In this document: one piece after another, positions 27,593 through 35,004 of the stretch | How the letters are laid out: the number at the start of each line of letters is the position of its first letter | How positions within the stretch are numbered: position 1 is the stretch's first letter | Notes under the pieces: generated by a model | The model's database searches: none | The model's input: only the letters and a program-made list of their open reading frames with translations | What the model was told of the DNA's origin: nothing | From: a virus | Lineage: Duplodnaviria > Heunggongvirae > Uroviricota > Caudoviricetes | Virus record (IMG/VR): IMGVR_UViG_3300048091_000424 | Reading direction: 5' to 3' (one strand) | DNA length: 64,000 nucleotides | Translations under genes and position numbers: made by a program

Positions 27593-28108
27593 ATGAGTTG
27601 GATTGAAAAACCGAGGCTGGAACGTAAGGCTGAAGTTGAACAGATGTTTCAACGCCTGGAAGAGGAGTCGCCAGATCGTTTCTGGATCTCCAATGACCAG
27701 GACGGGCCCGACACCCAGCTGATGAACATCATTTTGCCGTTGGTGGAAACCGACGCAATCTACTACATCACGATGATGACGGCCCAGCTCAAAGCAGCCC
27801 GCCTGATCGCCTACGACTTGGGGCAACTGCCCGGCGAGATGCTCGCCATCACGCCTAGCCTTCTCGACCGCGTCGGCATTGTGGGTGAAGAGATTTTTGC
27901 GCTCAACACCAACCATGAGACTGGCATCGGCCTGGAAATCGTCCTCGATGAGCCGGGTCTTACCCATCAGATCATTGACGACGTTCTCCTCCGCTTCATT
28001 GATGGCGGTGAGATGCCGCTGCCAACCCGCAAGATCTATGCACTGGATCTGGCGAAGCGCTTAGCCAAGGCACGTGAAGAGAAGCAACACGCACTGTACC
28101 CTCTTTGA
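27593..28108 (+). CDS. Hypothetical acidic protein (171 aa)
   Basis: ORF preceded by TTGACT-N16-TATACT at about 27535..27562; preferred over antisense ORF. Confidence 0.5.
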   Translation: MSWIEKPRLERKAEVEQMFQRLEEESPDRFWISNDQDGPDTQLMNIILPLVETDAIYYITMMTAQLKAARLIAYDLGQLPGEMLAITPSLLDRVGIVGEEIFALNTNHETGIGLEIVLDEPGLTHQIIDDVLLRFIDGGEMPLPTRKIYALDLAKRLAKAREEKQHALYPL

Positions 28109-28173
28109 TAAAATAAAAAGGTGTACTGAAGTACTGTTTTATCCATAAAAACAATAACAAAGGATAATTCGTT

Positions 28174-28662
28174 TTGAACTCGCAATTGCATTTGATCGCT
28201 GCTTTCGGGATCCAGGGTCAGGTCGGATTGAAAAACTCCAGCCCCTGGAACATCCCAGCAGAGCAGCAACACTCGACTGAAACGATTGCAAACGCGACCG
28301 TGATCATGTGCCTCCCGACGTTTCAATCGCTTGGCTATGCGTTGCCGAAGCGTCGAAACATTGTCGTGACGGATGAAATCGGCTTTTTGCCTGGATGCGA
28401 GGTGGTCACCACCATCGAACAGGCGCTCGAGCTGGTCAAGCATGATCGACGTGTTTATGTAATCGGCGGCGTGCCACTGTGGAGCCAAGCACTGGCCCAT
28501 GCCACCCATTTGGTGTTGAGTGAGGTCAACTACAACGGCGAGGCCGACACCCTGCTGCCTGAGCCTTTCTTCACCCGTGTGCGCAGCGAGTTTCGCTTGA
28601 ACCATCTGCGGCATCAGGAAGAGTTCACGGCAACCTACTGGATAAGACATGGTCACCGCTAA
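28174..28662 (+). CDS. folA: Dihydrofolate reductase
   Basis: LIAAFG...PW.IP......T....VIM...TF.S....LP.R.NIV...; VYVIGG; about 160 aa; TTG start after AAAGGA. Confidence 0.8.
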   Translation: MNSQLHLIAAFGIQGQVGLKNSSPWNIPAEQQHSTETIANATVIMCLPTFQSLGYALPKRRNIVVTDEIGFLPGCEVVTTIEQALELVKHDRRVYVIGGVPLWSQALAHATHLVLSEVNYNGEADTLLPEPFFTRVRSEFRLNHLRHQEEFTATYWIRHGHR

Positions 28663-29152
28663 CACCGCTGAAGCTCAACCGAATCCCCGCCGCTTGCTCC
28701 ATTTCATCGCCTGCGGCTTCGGCTCCGGGCTGATGCGCCCCGCTCCTGGTACTTGGGGTAGCTTAGCGGCTATCCCCTTTATCCTGGCTCTCCAGGGGCT
28801 CTCTACGCCGGTTTATACATTGATCCTTTTCTTAGCCACTTTGTTTGGCATTTGGGTTTGCCAGCGTGTGTCCGAGGATCTTGGCGTTGACGATCACCCA
28901 GCCATTGTTTGGGATGAATTTGTCGGCATGGGCTTTGCCCTGATCTGCCTGCCAGCAGAACATCAATTCCTGGGCGCAGCCCTGGGCTTTGGTTTGTTCC
29001 GCTTTTTCGACGTCGTGAAGCCAGGCCCGGTGGGCTGGCTGGACAGAAATCTAAGGGGCGGCATGGGCATCATGCTTGATGATGTTCTCGCGGGTATTTT
29101 TGCAGGCGTCTGCCTCCAACTGGCATTCTTTGGTTGGGCCTGGATGATTTAG
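28649..29152 (+). CDS. pgpA: Phosphatidylglycerophosphatase A
   Basis: PGTWGSLAAIPF, DHPAIVWDEFVGM, FRFFDVVKP, GMGIMLDDVLAG; overlaps the folA stop. Confidence 0.9.
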   Translation: MVTANTAEAQPNPRRLLHFIACGFGSGLMRPAPGTWGSLAAIPFILALQGLSTPVYTLILFLATLFGIWVCQRVSEDLGVDDHPAIVWDEFVGMGFALICLPAEHQFLGAALGFGLFRFFDVVKPGPVGWLDRNLRGGMGIMLDDVLAGIFAGVCLQLAFFGWAWMI

Positions 29153-29170
29153 TCACCAGCCACTAACTAT

Positions 29171-29713
29171 TTAGTGCAATGATTGTATAATGACTTTCGA
29201 GTATGGAGTTTTTGTAACATGAATAAAGCCAGAGACGGCTGACACTAATTTTATAAAGTTTGGATGTGTTATAGTATCTTTTGGCAATTCATTATAAAGT
29301 TCCATGAGTCTACATGAAACATTAAACGGATCAGGCAACTGCAATGGATCTTTATCCAAAAATGTTACCTTCCCGCTCTCAATAGTATATCGCCGTCCTA
29401 CAACATATGCTTTTCTCTTCTTTGACACAATAGCCGCAGATATCCAATTTACTCCGTCGCCACCATTATCGCTATACGAATTGGATGAATTATTCTCGAC
29501 AACTAAGTAAGCATCAGGATTTAATGTGCTTATTACTGCATTTGCGTAGGTGACATAAAGAGGACTAGGTTTTAATAATAGAGGAGAATAGCCGTCATTA
29601 AATAAAAGATGACAAGACACCGACACCGACCTTCCTTCAAGTAAGTCTTTGGAGACTTTAGAAAGCAAGATAGTGACGATTGGCATATAAAACATAAAGC
29701 CCATCCACTGCAC
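29171..29713 (-). CDS. Hypothetical protein (180 aa) in a short AT-rich patch
   Basis: ORF with N/S/K/I-rich composition unlike neighbours; no recognisable motif. Confidence 0.45.
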   Translation of the reverse strand: MQWMGFMFYMPIVTILLSKVSKDLLEGRSVSVSCHLLFNDGYSPLLLKPSPLYVTYANAVISTLNPDAYLVVENNSSNSYSDNGGDGVNWISAAIVSKKRKAYVVGRRYTIESGKVTFLDKDPLQLPDPFNVSCRLMELYNELPKDTITHPNFIKLVSAVSGFIHVTKTPYSKVIIQSLH

Positions 29714-29840
29714 TCATATCCGCTTGGTTTGACGCCACGATACCCTCTGCAGAAGGTAACATCAAGACGCCACCTTTCCTGGGCGACGCGCCACAAGGGC
29801 CGGGCCAGCCCTAGGTGGCTTTGACCTGATCACAGGATTC

Positions 29841-31406
29841 TCACAAGCCTAGGTCATTGGCGAAAGCGTGGCCGATCACCTTCAATGGAAGGTGGGGCAA
29901 GACCAGAGATTTCTCTAGTCCACCTTTGGACGTTATGGTGTTGAATTGCTGGATTGACTTAATATTGGCGCCAATTTCACTGATAGACAATGCGTTCAGT
30001 TTTACAATCTCAGCCATTATCTCAGGGTCTTTGTCGGTCACCGCATGTTTGATTACATGAAAAATAAGTTCTGATACTTTTCGCTTGGCCTGATCGCTTT
30101 CCGGGAAGGATCCCAGGAGCATTTTTGCATAAGCCATCCCACATCGACCCCTGGAATTCGTATGTGTGATCCCATATTCGAACCGTTCCAACAAGAACTC
30201 CAAGAATTCCTGCTTGGCATCCTCATTCAACAAGTTAACCCAGCGCTTCAATTTTCTTGTCGTTGCCAAGGAATTGGAGTCGCTGCATTCGGCGGAATAA
30301 TCTCTGCACCATAGAATAATACTGTCAACAGTAGAAACTTCTCGCAGAAGGTCAGCGCAGGAAGGATTTGCGGCCAACTTATCGAACCAATCTTCGTCCC
30401 ATTCAAACGCGTGCTCATTGAGCATCATGCGCAAAGGAGTCATTTCGGAACCGTCTCTGATTGCGAGTAACTCAGGTATGGGCGCGGGATTGTAATCCCA
30501 ACTAACCGCTGAGGCTAAAATACAGGACGCCAACTCCAAATGATTATCCGCAATAACCTGTCTGCCAAGATAACTGCCAATGAGTTGCTGTCGGCTGATG
30601 TCGTCGAGCACGTACAACCCGTACCTGAAATTCCGACGTGAAAAATCATCTCCAGTTAGCGTGAAGGCACGTGAAAAGCCGCCATAGGAGAGGTCGTACA
30701 GGGTGGCATCGGTGAAACGTTTGATGGAGGCGCCCACCATCTCTTGATCGAGCACGCCGGCGAGTACCATCAGCATGGGTATGCGACACAGACTGCCCTC
30801 GCCGGTTTCCAGGTTCTTGTAGGCCTTGGTTACCTTGAATTGGCTGCTAAACGGTTTGGAGTATTTTGAGCCTGGTCGTTCGCAGCGTTTGATGCCACGA
30901 ACCCATTCTTGAACCCAGGTGTCTAGATGCAACTCGTCCTGCAAAATGATCGGGACAATCCGTCCGGCCAGTAGCATCTGCCCATCCATAGTGCTGCTGT
31001 TACGACCAGGCATCGCGTCGCACTGCTTTAAGATGTTGACCTGTTCAAGCGGGGTGTATCGGTTGTTCAGTGCCTTGACGGTGTGCGGCAGCCAGATGAA
31101 GTAGCTGGTCATTTCCATGTGATGGATCAGATGGCTTAACAGCGCAATGCTGTCAGAAGAATTATCTGAGGTAAGGAAGATCCTCTTCCATTCGATCCGC
31201 TGATCCGCAATCAGCTCCGCGACCTCTTCATCACTGAACCATGGCCAGTAAAATTCAGTGTGCGCCTGGCTGGTGCTAATCAGCTCATCGATGGCCTTAC
31301 GCTTTACGAAGATTTCTTCGCCAGCGAGATCTTGCTCTTCGATATGCATCAGCAGTGGCGTAATGAACCGCTCTCGCACGTCAGCGGGCTTCATGATGGT
31401 TGTCAT
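29841..31406 (-). CDS. FxxDLGL-tail family protein (521 aa)
   Basis: Ends VIGHAFANDLGL; start overlaps upstream stop (ATGA). Confidence 0.75.
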   Translation of the reverse strand: MTTIMKPADVRERFITPLLMHIEEQDLAGEEIFVKRKAIDELISTSQAHTEFYWPWFSDEEVAELIADQRIEWKRIFLTSDNSSDSIALLSHLIHHMEMTSYFIWLPHTVKALNNRYTPLEQVNILKQCDAMPGRNSSTMDGQMLLAGRIVPIILQDELHLDTWVQEWVRGIKRCERPGSKYSKPFSSQFKVTKAYKNLETGEGSLCRIPMLMVLAGVLDQEMVGASIKRFTDATLYDLSYGGFSRAFTLTGDDFSRRNFRYGLYVLDDISRQQLIGSYLGRQVIADNHLELASCILASAVSWDYNPAPIPELLAIRDGSEMTPLRMMLNEHAFEWDEDWFDKLAANPSCADLLREVSTVDSIILWCRDYSAECSDSNSLATTRKLKRWVNLLNEDAKQEFLEFLLERFEYGITHTNSRGRCGMAYAKMLLGSFPESDQAKRKVSELIFHVIKHAVTDKDPEIMAEIVKLNALSISEIGANIKSIQQFNTITSKGGLEKSLVLPHLPLKVIGHAFANDLGL

Positions 31407-32485
31407 AGCCCGAGGTCAGCCGAGAAGGCGCCGCCAAGCGCTTCTACGCTGAAATCTCGTTTATCCAGGCGATCCAAGTCAATACCCGGAATGGCGTTCA
31501 GCAGATCGAAGTCCTGAAGGGTCTTGAGTCCTGTTGCCAAAGCCTTCGCGTCCATCTGATTGAAGTACTTCGCATAACTCACGCCCGCCAGATGTGCGCG
31601 CCCTACTCCCAAGGCCAGGCCCACACTGTCACCCAAAGCCAGATCAGCTCGTATGCCTTTCATGAGTTCTGACTTGAATGCGTTCATGCGATCATCAGTA
31701 TCCAGCAGCAACTGCAACAGGTGCTCGGCATGATCACTGTCGAATGCACCCTCCAAGCGCTCTTTGAGAAAACCGGCCAGGCGGTTGATGAACGAAGGCC
31801 CTGGGTTATCGTCTGTTGAGGACGTCGCCAACTGTAGGTCAAGGAATAACGCTTTGCTGTTCTCGTCGTACTCCCGTCCCATCAGGCTGCCCAACAGGGC
31901 GTCATCCAGGAAGGTCATAAAGGGCGGCGCAGTCTGCTCATGCGCGGTCACACGCCGCAACTCACCAACGAGTCGATAAGCATTACAGTCAAGACTGGTG
32001 GCCGCCTGGCCGAGCTCACTCAAACCATTCTTTACCAGCAGGTTAGGAGCAGCGCGGCCAAGGCCTTCCATGAGCGACTTTGCGATGCTCGAAAGTGCTG
32101 CAGGGCTTACCGGGTCGGTCGATGAAGCAACAGAACGCAGCAGTGAACGCGCAGAGAAGCCGGCAGACTTGGTCAGGCCTTTGTCCATATCCGCAAGGCC
32201 CAGCGATGAGCCCACCACAGGAGTCAGAGGCTTGACGAGATCCGCGTTCAGGCTTGCTGCAGCGACATCCAGTTGATGGTAATCACAGGACACTTTGAAG
32301 AGGATCGGTACAGTGATATCGAAGTGGCCGGTGAGCGCGGCCAACTCCGTCTGAACCAAAGAAGTGGGCAGACCTGTCGTCAGGCCACCCCCTTCGGATA
32401 AAAACGAAAATACTGCCTGGTTCAGCGCGTTCAGTGAGTCTTCAGGAAGCGCCTCGTTTACTGGATTTGACATTGGATTTGCCAC
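31403..32485 (-). CDS. FxxDLGL-tail family protein (360 aa)
   Basis: Ends ALGGAFSADLGL. Confidence 0.75.
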   Translation of the reverse strand: MANPMSNPVNEALPEDSLNALNQAVFSFLSEGGGLTTGLPTSLVQTELAALTGHFDITVPILFKVSCDYHQLDVAAASLNADLVKPLTPVVGSSLGLADMDKGLTKSAGFSARSLLRSVASSTDPVSPAALSSIAKSLMEGLGRAAPNLLVKNGLSELGQAATSLDCNAYRLVGELRRVTAHEQTAPPFMTFLDDALLGSLMGREYDENSKALFLDLQLATSSTDDNPGPSFINRLAGFLKERLEGAFDSDHAEHLLQLLLDTDDRMNAFKSELMKGIRADLALGDSVGLALGVGRAHLAGVSYAKYFNQMDAKALATGLKTLQDFDLLNAIPGIDLDRLDKRDFSVEALGGAFSADLGL

Positions 32486-33005
32486 TCTTCGTCGTCATCC
32501 CGGCCTTAGCTGCGCTCAAGCCAGCTGGGGTCACTCGGGCGGGCTGCGCCTGGTGTTCGGGGTGCTTAGACAGCCAATTACTAATCACCAGCTTAACATA
32601 GGGCTGGAAGGCCACGTAAACAGGCCGATTGAAAATCCCCCAGCTAAGCACTGTAAAGCGCCGGTGCTTATCAAGGTCAATGTCGCACCCACATTCATCG
32701 CGCAGGCGACCTATCCAGGTTTGGGCGCTGAGCTTGCTGACACCCATCATCTGGCCAAGCAACTCGCCCGTGACGATGTTTTGTAGCCCCTCGATGAGCA
32801 TCAGGAACAGGCACATGTCCATGCTGCTGAAGCGCGAGGCTCGAGGCAGTCCGTATTCGTTTAGGTAGCTATTGCCATCACCATCTACAAAAAGGAGGGC
32901 TTTCTTGACTTTGAAGGCAATCGCCTGATTCTCAACGCCGGTATAGGAGCGAATCAGCTCATCCATCTCGGCGGATTGTAGGAAAGCTATCGGGTCGATT
33001 GTCAT
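32442..33005 (-). CDS. Hypothetical protein (187 aa), possible HTH, basic C-terminal tail
   Basis: First gene of the minus-strand operon 33005 to 29841; GELLGQMMGVSKLSAQTWIGRLRDE segment is HTH-like. Confidence 0.5.
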   Translation of the reverse strand: MTIDPIAFLQSAEMDELIRSYTGVENQAIAFKVKKALLFVDGDGNSYLNEYGLPRASRFSSMDMCLFLMLIEGLQNIVTGELLGQMMGVSKLSAQTWIGRLRDECGCDIDLDKHRRFTVLSWGIFNRPVYVAFQPYVKLVISNWLSKHPEHQAQPARVTPAGLSAAKAGMTTKSGKSNVKSSKRGAS

Positions 33006-33125
33006 GGTGACTTTTCCTAAGGTTTGATTTTGAGTCCGAGCCTTTTCTGTCTGGGGTCTCGCTTTCTGTCAGTATAGCCATACTATACTCGAAAATCCAG
33101 CCACCAACAAAACAATGACATTCTA

Positions 33126-33154
33126 TTGACACCTTTTTTGGTGGCCAGTAGACT
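33126..33154 (+). promoter_or_regulatory. Sigma70-like promoter TTGACA-N17-TAGACT for tRNA cluster 1
   Basis: Hexamers and spacing read directly; 18 nt upstream of tRNA-Asn. Confidence 0.6.
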
Positions 33155-33171
33155 TGATCTTGCAAGGCCAT

Positions 33172-33247
33172 TCCGTGATAGCTCAGTCGGTAGAGCATCG
33201 GACTGTTAATCCGAGTGTCCCTGGTTCGAGTCCAGGTCACGGAGCCA
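33172..33247 (+). tRNA. tRNA-Asn(GTT)
   Basis: Hand-folded cloverleaf: acceptor TCCGTGA/TCACGGA, anticodon arm TCGGA-CTGTTAA-TCCGA, TTCGAGT T-loop, encoded CCA. Confidence 0.9.
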
Positions 33248-33259
33248 GCCTTACGCACT

Positions 33260-33346
33260 GCCCGAATGGCGAAACTGGTAGACGCATGGGACTTAAAATC
33301 CTCTGCTCGAAAGGGCGTCCCGGTTCGACTCCGGGTTCGGGCACCA
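33260..33346 (+). tRNA. tRNA-Leu(TAA), class II
   Basis: Acceptor GCCCGAA/TTCGGGC, loop CTTAAAA, long variable arm, encoded CCA. Confidence 0.85.
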
Positions 33347-33356
33347 AGAATTCAAA

Positions 33357-33440
33357 GCCGAAGTGGTGGAATTGGTAGACGCGGCTGATTCAAAATCAGT
33401 TGCCTACGGCGTGCGGGTTCGAGTCCCGCCTTCGGCACCA
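33357..33440 (+). tRNA. tRNA-Leu(CAA), class II
   Basis: Acceptor GCCGAAG/CTTCGGC, loop TTCAAAA, long variable arm, encoded CCA. Confidence 0.85.
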
Positions 33441-33448
33441 AACAAGAA

Positions 33449-33476
33449 AGGCCCAGCATATGTCTGGGCCTTTTTC
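33449..33476 (+). terminator. Rho-independent terminator after tRNA cluster 1
   Basis: AGGCCCAG-catatgt-CTGGGCCT followed by TTTTT. Confidence 0.85.
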
Positions 33477-33504
33477 ATTTTACTGCGCCCTGGATGTCGT
33501 CATC

Positions 33505-33717
33505 ATGAAACGCCTGTTTAGTCTGTTGTCCGAGCTTACGCGCCCTGCCCCACAACCAAACCTGGAAGGTCGCATCGAACCTACCGTGCCACGGCACATA
33601 GCAGCCTCACCCTTCGAAATGGCCTCAGATGAGCTGGCCAGAGATGGCGCCCGTCGCTTCAGCAATATCGATCAATTACGCGACAGAGTGAAGGGAACGC
33701 TTAGTCCCAATAATTAA
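33505..33717 (+). CDS. Possible small protein (70 aa)
   Basis: In-frame ATG within track ORF 33400..33717, downstream of the tRNA/terminator; no clear RBS. Confidence 0.25.
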   Translation: MKRLFSLLSELTRPAPQPNLEGRIEPTVPRHIAASPFEMASDELARDGARRFSNIDQLRDRVKGTLSPNN

Positions 33718-33741
33718 TTTCAAATATTTTTAAAATTGCTG

Positions 33742-33771
33742 TTGACAGTGTTTCAGGATTAGTTCTATCTT
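33742..33771 (+). promoter_or_regulatory. Sigma70-like promoter TTGACA-N18-TATCTT upstream of micro-ORFs and tRNA cluster 2
   Basis: Hexamers read directly. Confidence 0.5.
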
Positions 33772-33803
33772 AGCTACATCACTAGTTCAACCGAGTTTTT
33801 GAC

Positions 33804-33896
33804 ATGACCACTTTCACTCAACGCGATGATGCACGGCAGCAGGACGAACGTCCTGATATCTGCTCGCGTGATGAACGCTCTGTCAAAACTTTCTAG
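33804..33896 (+). CDS. Leader-peptide-like micro-ORF 1 (30 aa, 12 of 30 residues D/E/R)
   Basis: My translation: MTTFTQRDDARQQDERPDICSRDERSVKTF; internal hairpin CAGGAC-GAAC-GTCCTG at 33840..33855. Confidence 0.35.
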   Translation: MTTFTQRDDARQQDERPDICSRDERSVKTF

Positions 33897-33908
33897 CATC
33901 TCAGATTT

Positions 33909-33970
33909 GAGGGCTAGACGCCCTCTTCTGCTAAAACAGCCGGGGGCCCAAACCTCCGGCTTTTTGTTTT
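33909..33970 (+). terminator. Hairpin (GAGGGC-tagac-GCCCTC) plus intrinsic terminator (AGCCGGGGG-cccaaa-CCTCCGGCT-TTTTTGTTTT)
   Basis: Inverted repeats and U-tract read directly; terminator stem 33938..33961. Confidence 0.7.
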
Positions 33971-33983
33971 AAGGATTTCTATC

Positions 33984-34061
33984 ATGGCTACTTACACTAA
34001 CTTCGCTGACCGGACTGATCGTGACGAACGTCGCGATGAGCGCGAGTGCCTGACTGTCTAG
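33984..34061 (+). CDS. Leader-peptide-like micro-ORF 2 (25 aa, 12 of 25 residues D/E/R)
   Basis: My translation: MATYTNFADRTDRDERRDERECLTV; AAGGA RBS 10 nt upstream; internal hairpin 34018..34037 centred on GACGAACGTC. Confidence 0.4.
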   Translation: MATYTNFADRTDRDERRDERECLTV

Positions 34062-34072
34062 TGCCGTGATAC

Positions 34073-34128
34073 GGGGCTAGAAGCCCCCAGACCGACGAAC
34101 CGGGGGCCATGGCTCCCGGTTTTTTTTG
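34073..34128 (+). terminator. Hairpin (GGGGC-tagaa-GCCCC) plus intrinsic terminator (ACCGGGGG-ccatgg-CTCCCGGT-TTTTTTT)
   Basis: Same two-hairpin layout as unit 1, with compensatory base changes; ends 12 nt before the first tRNA of cluster 2. Confidence 0.7.
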
Positions 34129-34139
34129 AGTGTTATTTT

Positions 34140-34215
34140 GTCCCTCTCGTCTAATGGCTCAGGATATCTGGTTCTCAACCAGGTGATTGGGGTTCGAGTC
34201 CCCAGAGGGAAACCA
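34140..34215 (+). tRNA. tRNA-Glu(CTC)
   Basis: Glu-type body GTCCCTC-TC-GTCT...; anticodon arm TCTGG-TTCTCAA-CCAGG; G1/A72 mismatch; encoded CCA. Confidence 0.75.
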
Positions 34216-34292
34216 ATTAGTGGTCATTGCCAGGTTAGAGGCGATGCCAGCAAGGAATAAAGCGCTCATTAAGGTGAGTGTCAAGTTTACAA

Positions 34293-34368
34293 GGCCCGTT
34301 AGCCAAGTTGGAAAGGTACGTGACTGTCTATCACGCATGCAGGGGTTCGAGCCCCCTACGGGTCGCCA
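34293..34368 (+). tRNA. tRNA with anticodon GTC (Asp by anticodon), non-canonical loop CUGUCUA (U37), Gln-like D-arm
   Basis: Acceptor GGCCCGT/ACGGGTC, D-arm GCC-AAGTTGGAAA-GGC, anticodon arm CGTGA-CTGTCTA-TCACG, encoded CCA. Confidence 0.65.
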
Positions 34369-34413
34369 CTTAGTTACACTTTTCGAAACTGAAAAGTGTG
34401 TTTTAAAAGTTAC

Positions 34414-34489
34414 GCTCCATTCGTCTAGCGGCCTAGGACGGAGGGTCTTCGCCCCTCTAACACCGGTTCGAATCCGGTATGGAGAACCA
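34414..34489 (+). tRNA. tRNA-Glu(TTC) with C33 (loop UCUUCGC)
   Basis: GCTCCAT-TC-GTCT-AGCGGCCTA-GGAC; arm GAGGG-TCTTCGC-CCCTC; G1/A72 mismatch; encoded CCA. Confidence 0.7.
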
Positions 34490-34529
34490 GTTATAGCTAC
34501 ACGTTTTATAAAGGTTTATAAGTTACAAA

Positions 34530-34604
34530 GGCCCGTTAGCCAAGTTGGAAAGGCATATGACTGTCTATCATACATCAGGGGTTCGAGCCCCCTACGGGTC
34601 GCCA
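34530..34604 (+). tRNA. Second copy of the GTC tRNA with loop CUGUCUA
   Basis: Anticodon stem TATGA/TCATA versus CGTGA/TCACG in copy 1, i.e. compensatory changes that preserve pairing. Confidence 0.65.
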
Positions 34605-34652
34605 TTTAAGTTGCACTCTGATGCATTTCAAAGTGTTGGTTTTAATAGTTTT

Positions 34653-34728
34653 GTTCCATTCGTCTAGTGGCCTAGGACAGAGGGTCTTCACCCCTCAAAC
34701 GCCGGTTCGAGTCCGGTATGGAACTCCA
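34653..34728 (+). tRNA. tRNA-Glu(TTC) with C33 (loop UCUUCAC)
   Basis: Acceptor GTTCCAT/ATGGAAC fully paired; arm GAGGG-TCTTCAC-CCCTC; encoded CCA. Confidence 0.7.
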
Positions 34729-34812
34729 ATTTTGTTCGTTGTGTGGAGTAATTTCTGTGTCGGCAATCGAAACATAGACACAATTAAAGCTGTCACTTTG
34801 GACACAAAACAC

Positions 34813-34890
34813 GGTTTGTTAGCTCAGCTGGATATGAGCGCCGGCTTGTCACGCCGGAGGTCGCGGGTTCGAGCCCCGTACAAACCGCCA
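34813..34890 (+). tRNA. tRNA-Asp(GTC), canonical
   Basis: Acceptor GGTTTGT/ACAAACC; arm CCGGC-TTGTCAC-GCCGG; GGTCGCGGGTTCGAGCCCCGT as in bacterial tRNA-Asp; encoded CCA. Confidence 0.9.
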
Positions 34891-34896
34891 CTTACC

Positions 34897-34973
34897 GCTT
34901 CTGTAGCTCAACTGGATAGAGCAGCGCCCTACGAAGGCGAAGGTTAGAGGTTCGAGCCCTCTCAGAAGCACCA
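34897..34973 (+). tRNA. tRNA-Arg(ACG)
   Basis: Acceptor GCTTCTG/CAGAAGC; loop CTACGAA; encoded CCA. Confidence 0.9.
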
Positions 34974-35004
34974 TTTCAAACGCCTGGCTCACCCCAGACG
35001 ATCT

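Larger units (their letters stand above)
34280..34728 (+). repeat. Tandem duplication of a two-tRNA unit (GTC tRNA + Glu-TTC tRNA, about 235 bp each)
   Basis: Flanks and spacers also align (..agtt(t)acaa(a)ggcccgtt.., ..cgcca(c/t)tta(g/a)gtt(a/g)cac..). Confidence 0.7.

Noticed and set aside
34280-34728. Possible CRISPR-like array, suggested by regularly spaced repeats in the tRNA region and the (GGCTTG)n repeat at 9421..9460
   Set aside because: The repeats in the tRNA region are complete tRNA cloverleaves in a duplicated unit. The hexamer repeat is in-frame coding sequence for a KP tail. No repeat-spacer architecture or cas genes are present.
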